Shown here: positions 30,547 through 39,692 of the stretch, one piece after another | How the letters are laid out: each line of letters starts with the position of its first letter | How positions within the stretch are numbered: the first letter of the stretch is position 1 | Assembly: GCA_913042035.1 (NCBI GenBank) | Contig: CAJWIN010000003.1 | Location: 1 to 52,663, forward strand | Source: an uncultured Gammaproteobacteria bacterium | GTDB lineage: Bacteria > Pseudomonadota > Gammaproteobacteria > Poriferisulfidales > GCA-002705445 | DNA length: 52,663 nucleotides | Direction of reading: 5' to 3' | Notes under the pieces: generated by a model | The model's database searches: none | What the model saw: the letters and a program-made list of their open reading frames with translations, nothing else | Told to the model about the DNA's origin: nothing | Program-made: the position numbers and the translations under genes

Positions 30547-32442
30547 TTATTTTTTACTACTCAATTTTTTTATAAAATCATCCACACTGATTGAATCGTG
30601 TTCAGTGCCATCATACTCTCTGACTGAAATATTGCCGGATGATACTTCTTTATCACCAATTATTACAACATATGGAACTTTTGCAATAATGTGTTCTCGA
30701 ATCTTATAACCAATCTTTTCATTTCTCAAGTCTAAAAAGCAACGAAAATTACTTTCAACAAGTTCTTTTTCTATTTTTCTTGCGAATTCTACATGCTTAT
30801 CCGCTATATTGGCAATTATTATTTGTTCAGGACATAACCAAAAAGGCAGTTTACCACCATAATGTTCGATTAGAATTCCAATAAATCTCTCCATCGATCC
30901 TAAAATTGCTCTATGAACCATAACGGGAATAGTTTTTTCTCCATTTTCATCTATAAAACTTGCTGATAGCGCAGTTGGCATCGAAAAATCTAATTGAACT
31001 GTTCCACATTGCCACTCTCTGTCCAAAGAATCAGTTAAGGTAAATTCAATTTTTGGCCCGTAAAAGGCACCTTCGCCTGGCAATGTTATATAGTCTGGTA
31101 CATTTTCTTTTAAAGAATTTTCTAAAATTTTTTCTGATTTATTCCAAATATCTTCACTTCCAACCCTTTTTTCAGGTCTAGTGGATAATGCGACTTTAAT
31201 ATTTTCAAAACCAAGTTCTTTATAAACTTTAAAAGTTAATTTAATTAATTTAGTAATTTCATCATGAAGTTGTGATTCTGTACAAAAAATATGTGCGTCG
31301 TCCTGAACAAATTGTCTTGCCCTCATTAAACCGTGGAGAGTTCCAGATGGCTCATTTCTATGAACAAGACCAAATTCACAAAGTTTCAAAGGCAAATCTC
31401 TGTAACTTTTTAAGCCTTGATTATAAACTTGAAGGTGTCCAGGGCAGCTCATAGGTTTTACTGCGTAATCTCTTTTTTCAGAATGGGTAGTAAAAATCAT
31501 ATCTCCAAACTTATCCCAGTGCCCAGATTTTTCCCACAGAGTTCTATCTAGGATTTGAGGTGTATTAATTTCTTTATACCCTGAATCTAAATTAATTTTT
31601 CTCATGAAACTTTTTAACAATTGGTATATTGTCCAACCCTTATGATGCCAAAAAACCATTCCCGGTGCTTCTTCTTGAAAATGAAATAAGTCTTGTTGTT
31701 TACCGATTTTTCTATGATCATTCTTTTCTGCATCTTCAATTTTTTGAATATAATTATCTAACTCATCTTTTTTATCCCAAGCAGTACCATATATTCTTTG
31801 AAGCATTTTATTATCAGAATTACCACGCCAGTAAGCTCCGGATATTTTAGTAAGCTTGAAATGTTTTAGAAATTTTGTATTTGGAACGTGAGGACCTCTA
31901 CACATATCGACATATTCTTGATGAAAATATAATGCTATCTCTTCATCATCGGGAATTTCTTTAACAATCTCTTGCTTATATGGCTCATCTCTCTCAATAA
32001 AAACACTTAAAGCTTCTTTAGCTGTAACAACTTTTCTCACAACGTCATAATTACTGCTAACCAAGTCTTTTATTTTTTTCTCGATTGTTTTCAAATCATC
32101 CAAGCTCAGTGATTCTTCACAATCGATATCATAATAAAAACCATTTTTAATTATTGGCCCAATTGCCATTTTAGCATTTGGATATAATTGCTTTATTGCG
32201 TGGCCTATTAAATGAGCAAAAGAGTGGCGCACGATATCAATCCCCTCATCGTCATTCTTTTTTATTATTTCTATATTACTATCATTTTCAATAACTACAG
32301 ACAGATCTCTCAATTGTCCATTAATTTTTCCTGCAACAGCAACTTTTGCAAGGGAATTACTAATATCTTTAGCAATATCGTACAAAGTTGTGTTATCTGG
32401 AATTTCTTTTTTATGCCCATCTGGCAATGTAATTTTTGGCAT
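30547..32442 (-). CDS. thrS: Threonine--tRNA ligase
   Basis: TGS domain, [42 protein letters not shown]. Confidence 0.98.
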   Translation of the reverse strand: MPKITLPDGHKKEIPDNTTLYDIAKDISNSLAKVAVAGKINGQLRDLSVVIENDSNIEIIKKNDDEGIDIVRHSFAHLIGHAIKQLYPNAKMAIGPIIKNGFYYDIDCEESLSLDDLKTIEKKIKDLVSSNYDVVRKVVTAKEALSVFIERDEPYKQEIVKEIPDDEEIALYFHQEYVDMCRGPHVPNTKFLKHFKLTKISGAYWRGNSDNKMLQRIYGTAWDKKDELDNYIQKIEDAEKNDHRKIGKQQDLFHFQEEAPGMVFWHHKGWTIYQLLKSFMRKINLDSGYKEINTPQILDRTLWEKSGHWDKFGDMIFTTHSEKRDYAVKPMSCPGHLQVYNQGLKSYRDLPLKLCEFGLVHRNEPSGTLHGLMRARQFVQDDAHIFCTESQLHDEITKLIKLTFKVYKELGFENIKVALSTRPEKRVGSEDIWNKSEKILENSLKENVPDYITLPGEGAFYGPKIEFTLTDSLDREWQCGTVQLDFSMPTALSASFIDENGEKTIPVMVHRAILGSMERFIGILIEHYGGKLPFWLCPEQIIIANIADKHVEFARKIEKELVESNFRCFLDLRNEKIGYKIREHIIAKVPYVVIIGDKEVSSGNISVREYDGTEHDSISVDDFIKKLSSKK

Positions 32443-32454
32443 TATTTATCCACT

Positions 32455-32484
32455 ATTATAAAATTTATGGTTGCAGTTTATCAC
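32455..32484 (-). promoter_or_regulatory. Possible sigma70 promoter of thrS
   Basis: Minus-strand TATAAT (32460-32455) with a weak -35 GTGATA 18 bp upstream. Confidence 0.35.
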
Positions 32485-32506
32485 TAACTTTTATCTAAAA
32501 CACACA

Positions 32507-33721
32507 CTAATAATAACGCGTTAATTTTAGCGTTAGATTACTATCACGCTCAAACTGTGCTAAAGGTTCTGAGTCCTCCGCCAAAAAATATTGAGCTTCA
32601 ACTTCAAATTTCATATTTTCGCCGATACGTCTTTCGTACTCAATTGAACTAAACATTGATCCTGTTTTCCAATCAATAATTGCACCAAATAGCAATTCGC
32701 TTTCCTGAAAATCATTCCATGTAAAACGGGCGCCTACAAAAATATCGTTTTCAAATAATGTTGATGCTGTTTTATTTTCATCACGATTATCATAAAGCCC
32801 TTCAAATAATATGCCTATATCAATACCACTATTGGAAAAATCAAAGAATGTATATTCTAATCCAAATACATTAGATGTAAAATTATCACCACTTTGGTCT
32901 GCTATTACAACTTCTAACTTTAAGAGCCAAGCATCCCAAGTACGTTGTATATCTACACCACCTTGTGTGAGCTTTTGATATATAGGTATATGACTTGTAC
33001 CTTCTCCATTTGATTTCAAAAATGGTGCTCTTGCCGTTCCTGTAAAAACGTGAATCCCAATATCAAATTGATCAATTTGATGTTGATAACGTAAAGCAAA
33101 ATCACCAGCCCACCCTTCGCGGCCTTCATCGTATTCAGCATTATCTAAATCAACAGTTAGAGGAGCTCTTTGACGACCATCTACACCTGGAAATGTTCGT
33201 TCACGAAAATATGGTAGATAATAGACTTCAAATCTCCCAATATCAGTAAATTTTCCAAAACGAATCAACGGCTGACCAAGCTTATCTGTCTCATCGCTAT
33301 TTTCTACCTCATCGAATTGATTAATCACATCGACTACGTTTCGACTTTCGGCAACACCCCAAAAAATTTGAGCATTCCCAATTAAAAGGTCAAAATTACT
33401 AAAACGTTGCGAATAATTCAGCTCTCTTATATCAAAGTGTGAACGTTCGTCATCCTGCACATCAACTCGCAGAAAAGGCTCAAACTGTAAGCGCTTTTTT
33501 CGGTCTTTAGAAATCCATCTACCTTCGCCACTAAAATAAATTGAAGGTTGAAAATATTCCAACTGCCCGTCATAGGCTGGACTCTCAGGGAAATAACGAA
33601 ATTCTGTTGTAACGCTTGGAGTAAAACTAAAATCACTTGCCAATGCCGAAGATGAAATCATGGCAAATAAAACTATGATCTTAAAGCTGGCTAAGCGCAG
33701 AGGATTTAAATTCATTTTCAT
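32507..33721 (-). CDS. Putative outer-membrane beta-barrel protein
   Basis: Signal peptide ending in ALA, alternating aromatic beta-strands, IFWGVAES motif and C-terminal LTLKLTRYY beta-signal; start uncertain (33721 or 33715). Confidence 0.75.
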   Translation of the reverse strand: MKMNLNPLRLASFKIIVLFAMISSSALASDFSFTPSVTTEFRYFPESPAYDGQLEYFQPSIYFSGEGRWISKDRKKRLQFEPFLRVDVQDDERSHFDIRELNYSQRFSNFDLLIGNAQIFWGVAESRNVVDVINQFDEVENSDETDKLGQPLIRFGKFTDIGRFEVYYLPYFRERTFPGVDGRQRAPLTVDLDNAEYDEGREGWAGDFALRYQHQIDQFDIGIHVFTGTARAPFLKSNGEGTSHIPIYQKLTQGGVDIQRTWDAWLLKLEVVIADQSGDNFTSNVFGLEYTFFDFSNSGIDIGILFEGLYDNRDENKTASTLFENDIFVGARFTWNDFQESELLFGAIIDWKTGSMFSSIEYERRIGENMKFEVEAQYFLAEDSEPLAQFERDSNLTLKLTRYY

Positions 33722-34472
33722 TAAGTTCTATCCCAAATTCATAAACTTCAACACGCAACGTCGTACTCTTGCCTGTTAAATGATTGTCCATCTGTTGAAC
33801 CATTGGACGATAGATTGTACCACCATAATTTTTAAACTCCGATTGTGTTAGTGTTTTGAAATGTGCTCCACCCCTATTAAAAAACTCAATCTTACGAAGC
33901 TGGTTAATATCTTTATCGATGTAAGCGATCAAATATGTATAACCTGAACGTTGATACAATGGTATCTGCTTAATCTTATCAACTTTTAAACCATCAAGTG
34001 TTGTGTCTTCTAGCCACTCATAAGAATATTTTCCCAGCTCTGCCGCAGTTAAATCTTCAAATGCAAATTCACTTCCAACAAATGGACCAGATTTATTTGA
34101 AGATGAAATCCGTTTAACTCTTGCCAATTCTGGTAAATATAGCCATTGATCATCAGAATCTAAAATTTTAGAATGAGATAATAATGCTGTTCCTTCAACA
34201 TCAGGTGGCGTAAAGAAAAATGTGACAGACTTATCGCCGACATTTTCATTTGGTTTTTCTTTAGTTTTGATCTCTAATTCACGTTTAGTCGAATCCCCTG
34301 CAGAATTAGTCAATGTCATTGTTAATTTCGCTATACTTGTGCCAAAACCATTATCCATTCGGTCGGATTTGGCAGCAATTCGAAATCCTTTTTCCTGAGA
34401 AGTTTCTGCGTTTGAAAATGAAGAAAAAGTAAATAATCCTATCATTATAATAAAAGAAAATAGTTTTCTCAT
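33681..34472 (-). CDS. Outer-membrane lipoprotein-sorting (LolA-like) periplasmic protein
   Basis: Signal peptide; PPDVEGTALL, DDQWLYLPELARVKRISSSNKSGPFVGSEFAFEDL typical of the LolA_like family. Confidence 0.85.
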   Translation of the reverse strand: MRKLFSFIIMIGLFTFSSFSNAETSQEKGFRIAAKSDRMDNGFGTSIAKLTMTLTNSAGDSTKRELEIKTKEKPNENVGDKSVTFFFTPPDVEGTALLSHSKILDSDDQWLYLPELARVKRISSSNKSGPFVGSEFAFEDLTAAELGKYSYEWLEDTTLDGLKVDKIKQIPLYQRSGYTYLIAYIDKDINQLRKIEFFNRGGAHFKTLTQSEFKNYGGTIYRPMVQQMDNHLTGKSTTLRVEVYEFGIELNENEFKSSALSQL

Positions 34473-36820
34473 GATATTTGTCCTCTGTCTTTATTCATTA
34501 AAAATGAAAGTAAAGTTGGTAGTACTAAAAAATTGATAAACATCGCCAATAAAATTGCAATGCCAGTAACTAATCCCATATCTGTATTAGGCTTGAAAGC
34601 TGATGTCGCTAGCAAAGCAAACCCAGCGGATAATATAATTGTTGTCGCAAAAATGGCTGTTCCCGCCACATCAAACGCATACAAAATACTATCATGAAAA
34701 GATTTACTTTTATGACGATAGGCTTGCATGAATTTCGAAATCAAATGAACTGTGTCATCGATCACAAGACCAATTGCCACCGCGCCAACAATTGCAATTG
34801 AAAATCCAACTGTACCTGAGATAATAGCCCAAAGCCCAAATGTTGCTAAAATAGGAACAGTGTTTAAAACGACACTCAAAAATCCAATGCCAAATGATTT
34901 AAATGATACAGCCATAATTAAAAAAATTACGGCAATTAAAAAAAGGCTTCCTTTAATCATTGATTGAATATTTCTATCTGCAATATAATTGAATAATGAC
35001 ACATTCCCAGATGCAATTGTAGCTGCTCCAGATGAATTATTTTTTTCCATCCATTTAACAGCTTTTTCATTAAGAGTTCGTGCTTCAACTGTTGAAACGT
35101 CTTTTATAGTCGTAGTCACTCGAGTGCTCTGGCGATTAATATTAATACGGTCATTTAAATCAAGACCATAGGGAAGTGAAAGTTCATAAACTAGTAAATA
35201 TTGGCTTGCAAGTTTTCGATTATCTGGGATACGGTAAAATTTCTCATCATCAGCATTCAAGTTTTTATTTAGTCGTTTCATAACATCTGAAATTGCATAA
35301 ACATGAGCGACTTCAGGCTGGGTCTTTAGCCATTTCGTAAAACGATTAACATCTTCTAAGAATTCAGGCTCAAGAACTCCCTGAGGCTTGCCAGAATTAA
35401 TAATAAATTCAATATTATCAGTTCCAAAAAAAGGCCGTGTAGCATCAATGGAATCACGGATATCAATACCGGGACTGAAATATTTTGACCAAACATCATT
35501 GAGCTCTAAACGTGGAATGAGTGCTATAGATGCAATACAAAAAAATACTGTTCCAAAAAAAGCTTTATTTCGATACTTGTATATAACTTCGCCAATGTAA
35601 TGAAAAATTGAAGACTTTGAACTCTCACTATTAGAAGCTTCATATTTTAGAGGTAATAAATTCATGATAGCTGGAAGGAAAGTTAAGGATAAAACCCATG
35701 CCATAAAAATACCTGCCGCAGTCATATTTCCAAGATGGTGAAATGGTGGTGAATCAGAAAAGTTTAAACTTAAAAATCCAATCGCAGTTGTAATAGAAGT
35801 TAGCGTTACGGGAAATGTATTGGTTGCTACTGCCTTGACTATTGCCTCCTGCTTATTAATACCGCTATACATATGTTGTCGAAACGCAGAGAGAATATGC
35901 ACAGCATCAGCGATAGCAATGGTCAAAATAATCGTTGGGGCAGAAATTGATAATGGCGTTAGTTCTACCCCTGTCCAACCACCTAAGCCCATACCAAAAA
36001 TAGTTGATAAAATGATGATAAATAGTCCAGACACCATCGCAAGAATAGAACGCATAACAATAAACATCACAATGATAATTATCAAATACATTGCTGGTAT
36101 AAGAGTTTCAGAATCTTTCATTCCGACCTCGCTAAATGCAGAGGACAACATTGAAGCACCAGTAAGTTTTACTTCAATATTTGGATATTTTTCTTTGATC
36201 TTATCTCGAATTTCACGTGCCATTGCTGCAGTACCTAATACATCTTCAGCAATACTTCTATCCACTTGTAAAATAGAATTCACAATCGTAGCACCGCCAT
36301 CGGGTGCTGTAATAAATTTGTGTAAGAGCGGTTCATTTTCTGCAACACTTTTAAGTCGAAGCATCTGATTAGGTAGCTCAATTTCTTCCTTATCAAAAAT
36401 CAAATCTTCAACAATAAGATCGTCGCCTTTAGCAAAAGTATGCTGAAAGTTTGTCAAACTATCGACACGGGAAACAAAGGGAAGATTCCAAGCCTGGGCT
36501 GTTATATCGTAAACTGCTTCAATAACATGAGGTTGATATATGTCCCCTTCCTTTGGAATTATAACAAAGCTAACGTTGTCAGCCTTTCCATACGTAGCTT
36601 CAAAATTTAAAAATCTTTGTAATTCCGGATTTTCTTCGCCAAAAAAAATCTGATAATCTCCTGAGAAGCTAAGATTTTTGGCGCCATATCCACCAATAAG
36701 AGTTAGCATTATACATAGAAAGATAGTTAGCAATTTTCGCGTCGCTGCAAATTTAGCAACTCTCTCTCCCCACCATTCAACGTTCCTTGCGATTTGTGCC
36801 ATAGTTTTGTCACTCAACAA
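34469..36820 (-). CDS. MMPL/RND-superfamily lipid transporter
   Basis: Duplicated architecture of 1 TM + periplasmic domain + 5 TM; TIAIADAVH and GLVIDDTVH acidic TM motifs; start is TTG 36820 or ATG 36802. Confidence 0.9.
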   Translation of the reverse strand: MLSDKTMAQIARNVEWWGERVAKFAATRKLLTIFLCIMLTLIGGYGAKNLSFSGDYQIFFGEENPELQRFLNFEATYGKADNVSFVIIPKEGDIYQPHVIEAVYDITAQAWNLPFVSRVDSLTNFQHTFAKGDDLIVEDLIFDKEEIELPNQMLRLKSVAENEPLLHKFITAPDGGATIVNSILQVDRSIAEDVLGTAAMAREIRDKIKEKYPNIEVKLTGASMLSSAFSEVGMKDSETLIPAMYLIIIIVMFIVMRSILAMVSGLFIIILSTIFGMGLGGWTGVELTPLSISAPTIILTIAIADAVHILSAFRQHMYSGINKQEAIVKAVATNTFPVTLTSITTAIGFLSLNFSDSPPFHHLGNMTAAGIFMAWVLSLTFLPAIMNLLPLKYEASNSESSKSSIFHYIGEVIYKYRNKAFFGTVFFCIASIALIPRLELNDVWSKYFSPGIDIRDSIDATRPFFGTDNIEFIINSGKPQGVLEPEFLEDVNRFTKWLKTQPEVAHVYAISDVMKRLNKNLNADDEKFYRIPDNRKLASQYLLVYELSLPYGLDLNDRININRQSTRVTTTIKDVSTVEARTLNEKAVKWMEKNNSSGAATIASGNVSLFNYIADRNIQSMIKGSLFLIAVIFLIMAVSFKSFGIGFLSVVLNTVPILATFGLWAIISGTVGFSIAIVGAVAIGLVIDDTVHLISKFMQAYRHKSKSFHDSILYAFDVAGTAIFATTIILSAGFALLATSAFKPNTDMGLVTGIAILLAMFINFLVLPTLLSFLMNKDRGQIS

Positions 36821-36891
36821 ATAATACTAATTTGTAATATATTATTACTATATCGTACTTTATAAAATAGTTAGCTTTGCTGTTAGGCTCG

Positions 36892-36968
<77 letters not shown>

Positions 36969-37041
36969 TTATATAAAAATGTTAATATAACATTTATAAT
37001 ATAATCATGCATAATAGTATTATTTATAACTACAAAAAATT

Positions 37042-37440
37042 ATGAAAAAGCTAAATAAATATATTTCTATTTTTATCATTCTTGGACTAACAAATATTCC
37101 AAGTTTTGCAGATGAATATAAAAATGAAGATCAAGTGTATCATGTTGTTTTGGTTTGGCTAAAAACCTATAGAAATGAAATGAGAATAAATAAAATTATT
37201 GATGCAAGTAAAGAACTTAAAAATATCCCGGGTGTGTTAGAAGTTTCTACCGGAAAAGTTTTGCGAAGTTCAAGAGTAATAGTTGATGATACTTTTGATG
37301 TAAGTATTATAATTAAGTTTGCATCAAAAGAATACTTAAAGGATTACTTAGTTCATCCAATTCATGTAAAAATTGCCAACGAAGTTATAAAACCTTTAGC
37401 GAATAAAATTACGGTTTACGATACAATAATTCAAAAATAA
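37042..37440 (+). CDS. Dabb (stress-responsive alpha/beta barrel) family protein with signal peptide
   Basis: HVVLVWLK, LKNIPGV, YLVHPIH motifs; N-terminal signal peptide ending in SFA. Confidence 0.8.
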   Translation: MKKLNKYISIFIILGLTNIPSFADEYKNEDQVYHVVLVWLKTYRNEMRINKIIDASKELKNIPGVLEVSTGKVLRSSRVIVDDTFDVSIIIKFASKEYLKDYLVHPIHVKIANEVIKPLANKITVYDTIIQK

Positions 37441-37454
37441 ATCATAAGGAAAGT

Positions 37455-38573
37455 ATGCAACTAATTTTTCATAAATCTGAAAAATATATTGAAGAAGATA
37501 TTTTTTACTATATTAGTGATCAAAGAGACAAACACTCGATGATTAAACCTAAGAAAGAAGATTTAATCAGTATGACTGTGGACTCTGAAAATTTAACTAC
37601 ACCTAGTAAAAAAAAAATAGCTAATGTACTTTATCCTTTCAAAAAAAATAGTATTGACAAAATATACATAGGTTTGAGTTTTCCTTTATTTTCCAATAAT
37701 TGGGCAGCATCTTACTTGAGATATCTCCTAAAGATTATCAAAAAAGATGGATCAATAATTCTCCCGGTATATCCAGAAGAGCAAGCAAATGAAAAAGGGA
37801 TGTGGTCACGAAGCTTTTTAGAAAATATTTTTACCAGTAGAACTGGCTGGACTGGTACAAATAATGTTTGGGCAGAAAACGATGGCGTCATGTCAATGAG
37901 AATTGGAAAGAAATTTCCAAAAAAAATTAATAGTACGCTAAATTTTTTCTTAGAGGAAATCGGCAATCAGTCATTTAGGTATGATTTTGAAAATAAAGAA
38001 AGTAATAATTTAAATTTAGTCAAAAATATTTGGTCAATAAGCAAACTTAGTTCGATTGTGGAAAAAATAATACAAGATAAATTTGCTAATAATAAAATTA
38101 CATATTGCGATATTGGAAATGACCCTTACCTAGCTTTTGAAATTAATGTAAGCAGCTATATCAAAATCAAAAAAACTATTCTCATGACTGATAATGAAGA
38201 TTTATATTCTGAATTAAACAACTATTTTTCCTATAGAAACACAGCTGATTATGAAAGACTCGATAAGAGTAATTTTAAAAATATCTCATTAGCAAATCCG
38301 GATGTAATTACAATTATTTATAATTCTAATAATAAAGAGATTCTTGATGAGGTTGTAAATTGCTGTCCTAATTCAGTTGTAGTTTTTTACGGAATTTTAG
38401 ATAGCAGAGACAATACCTATGATAAGTACAATATTTCCAATTATTCATCAATAGTTGCAGCAAAATTAGATTCTAAAAAAACTATAAATCATTATTCTGA
38501 TATAATTGAGGATGAAATTAATAGCGAAATTAAAGCTGAAGGTGAAAAAATATATGTTTTGACCCCAAAATAA
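37455..38573 (+). CDS. Hypothetical protein, possibly degenerate methyltransferase-like
   Basis: 372-aa ORF with an AAGGA SD in an operon-like arrangement; only weak motif resemblance. Confidence 0.7.
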   Translation: MQLIFHKSEKYIEEDIFYYISDQRDKHSMIKPKKEDLISMTVDSENLTTPSKKKIANVLYPFKKNSIDKIYIGLSFPLFSNNWAASYLRYLLKIIKKDGSIILPVYPEEQANEKGMWSRSFLENIFTSRTGWTGTNNVWAENDGVMSMRIGKKFPKKINSTLNFFLEEIGNQSFRYDFENKESNNLNLVKNIWSISKLSSIVEKIIQDKFANNKITYCDIGNDPYLAFEINVSSYIKIKKTILMTDNEDLYSELNNYFSYRNTADYERLDKSNFKNISLANPDVITIIYNSNNKEILDEVVNCCPNSVVVFYGILDSRDNTYDKYNISNYSSIVAAKLDSKKTINHYSDIIEDEINSEIKAEGEKIYVLTPK

Positions 38574-38574
38574 T

Positions 38575-39351
38575 ATGGCATTTAAAAAATACTCTAGAAA
38601 CCCATATAATCCTTTGTCGGATAAGCCATATAAATTATCAAGATCACGAATTGATAACTATCTCAATTGTCCACGATGTTTTTACATGCATGAAAAAAAA
38701 GGAATTAAAGCACCTTCTGGCCCTACGTTCACTTTAAACAACGCTGTTGATAATTTATATAAAAATGAATTTGATTTATATAGAAAAGAAAAAAAGCCAC
38801 ATCCAATAATGATAAAAAATAATCTAGATTGCATACCTTATGAAAATGAGAATCTTGATCAATGGAGAAATGCTTTTAAAGGTATTCAGTGGCATGATAA
38901 AGAAACAAATTTTTTATTTTTCGGTGGTATTGATGATATCTGGATTAACAGCAACGATGAACTGCATATTGTCGACTATAAAGCTACAGCAAAAAAAACA
39001 TTTAATCCTAATTTTGATACAGGTTGGGAGGTTTGTTATAAAAAACAAATAGAAATATACCAATGGTTATTTAAGAAAAATGGCTTCAAAGTTTCAAATA
39101 TTGGTTACATTATTTATGCGAATGGTAAATCTAATCTAAAGAAATTTGATGGTAATTTAACTTTTGATCAACATTTGTATCCTTTGGTATGCAATACCGA
39201 TTGGATTGATAAAATAATACCTGAAATATATGATTGCCTAAATTCTGAGAAACTTCCAAGAAGCGGTGGCGGATGGAATGGAGAAGGTTGTGAGCAATGC
39301 GCATACAAGAAAAAATTATTTGATATTTTTAAATCCCATATATCTAAATAG
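38575..39351 (+). CDS. PD-(D/E)XK nuclease, Cas4/RecB-like
   Basis: LSRSRI...CPRC, GGIDD, IVDYKAT, QIEIY (QxxxY), C-terminal CEQC. Confidence 0.88.
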   Translation: MAFKKYSRNPYNPLSDKPYKLSRSRIDNYLNCPRCFYMHEKKGIKAPSGPTFTLNNAVDNLYKNEFDLYRKEKKPHPIMIKNNLDCIPYENENLDQWRNAFKGIQWHDKETNFLFFGGIDDIWINSNDELHIVDYKATAKKTFNPNFDTGWEVCYKKQIEIYQWLFKKNGFKVSNIGYIIYANGKSNLKKFDGNLTFDQHLYPLVCNTDWIDKIIPEIYDCLNSEKLPRSGGGWNGEGCEQCAYKKKLFDIFKSHISK

Positions 39352-39359
39352 TTTCTAAT

Positions 39360-39686
39360 TTAAGTAAAAACTGCCGCAAAATAAGGCACCCAAGCGTATA
39401 TAATTATGGCAGTAAAACCAATTTCAAAAATCGTAACTTTCTTAAAAAAAGATGCTTCTTGATTTGATTCTGAGGATGAAAATTTCACAATCAACATAAC
39501 AATATCAAACATTAAAACCATTATATATATAGGTAATGTTGCGGGAATCGCTAAAGTTAGGATAGTATCAATTACATTGCTTAATATAAGTTCTGTATCT
39601 TTAGCTGGAGCTAATATTAAAAAAGCAAAACCAAGTAATATTAATAAAAATCTAAGTACACCTATTTTTTTTATAAATATATTAAT
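39360..39686 (-). CDS. Small 3-TM membrane protein, not in ORF track (ATT start)
   Basis: 108-codon open frame INIFIKKIGVLRFLLILLGFAFLILAPAKD...AWVPYFAAVFT* that fills the gap behind sat; GGAGG lies 11 nt upstream of the ATT. Confidence 0.7.
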   Translation of the reverse strand: MNIFIKKIGVLRFLLILLGFAFLILAPAKDTELILSNVIDTILTLAIPATLPIYIMVLMFDIVMLIVKFSSSESNQEASFFKKVTIFEIGFTAIIIYAWVPYFAAVFT

Positions 39687-39692
39687 TTTTCT

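Noticed and set aside
32443-32506. att-site duplication of the tRNA-Val 3' end at the far side of the islet
   Set aside because: Only a 4-nt ACCA match was found (minus strand ...ctgcaacca), which is expected by chance.
35820-36368. 182-aa plus-strand ORF
   Set aside because: It is antisense to the hydrophobic MMPL gene, where stop-free opposite frames are common.
38575-39351. Cas4-like gene as evidence of a CRISPR-Cas locus
   Set aside because: There is no cas1, cas2 or effector gene and no repeat-spacer array in the window.
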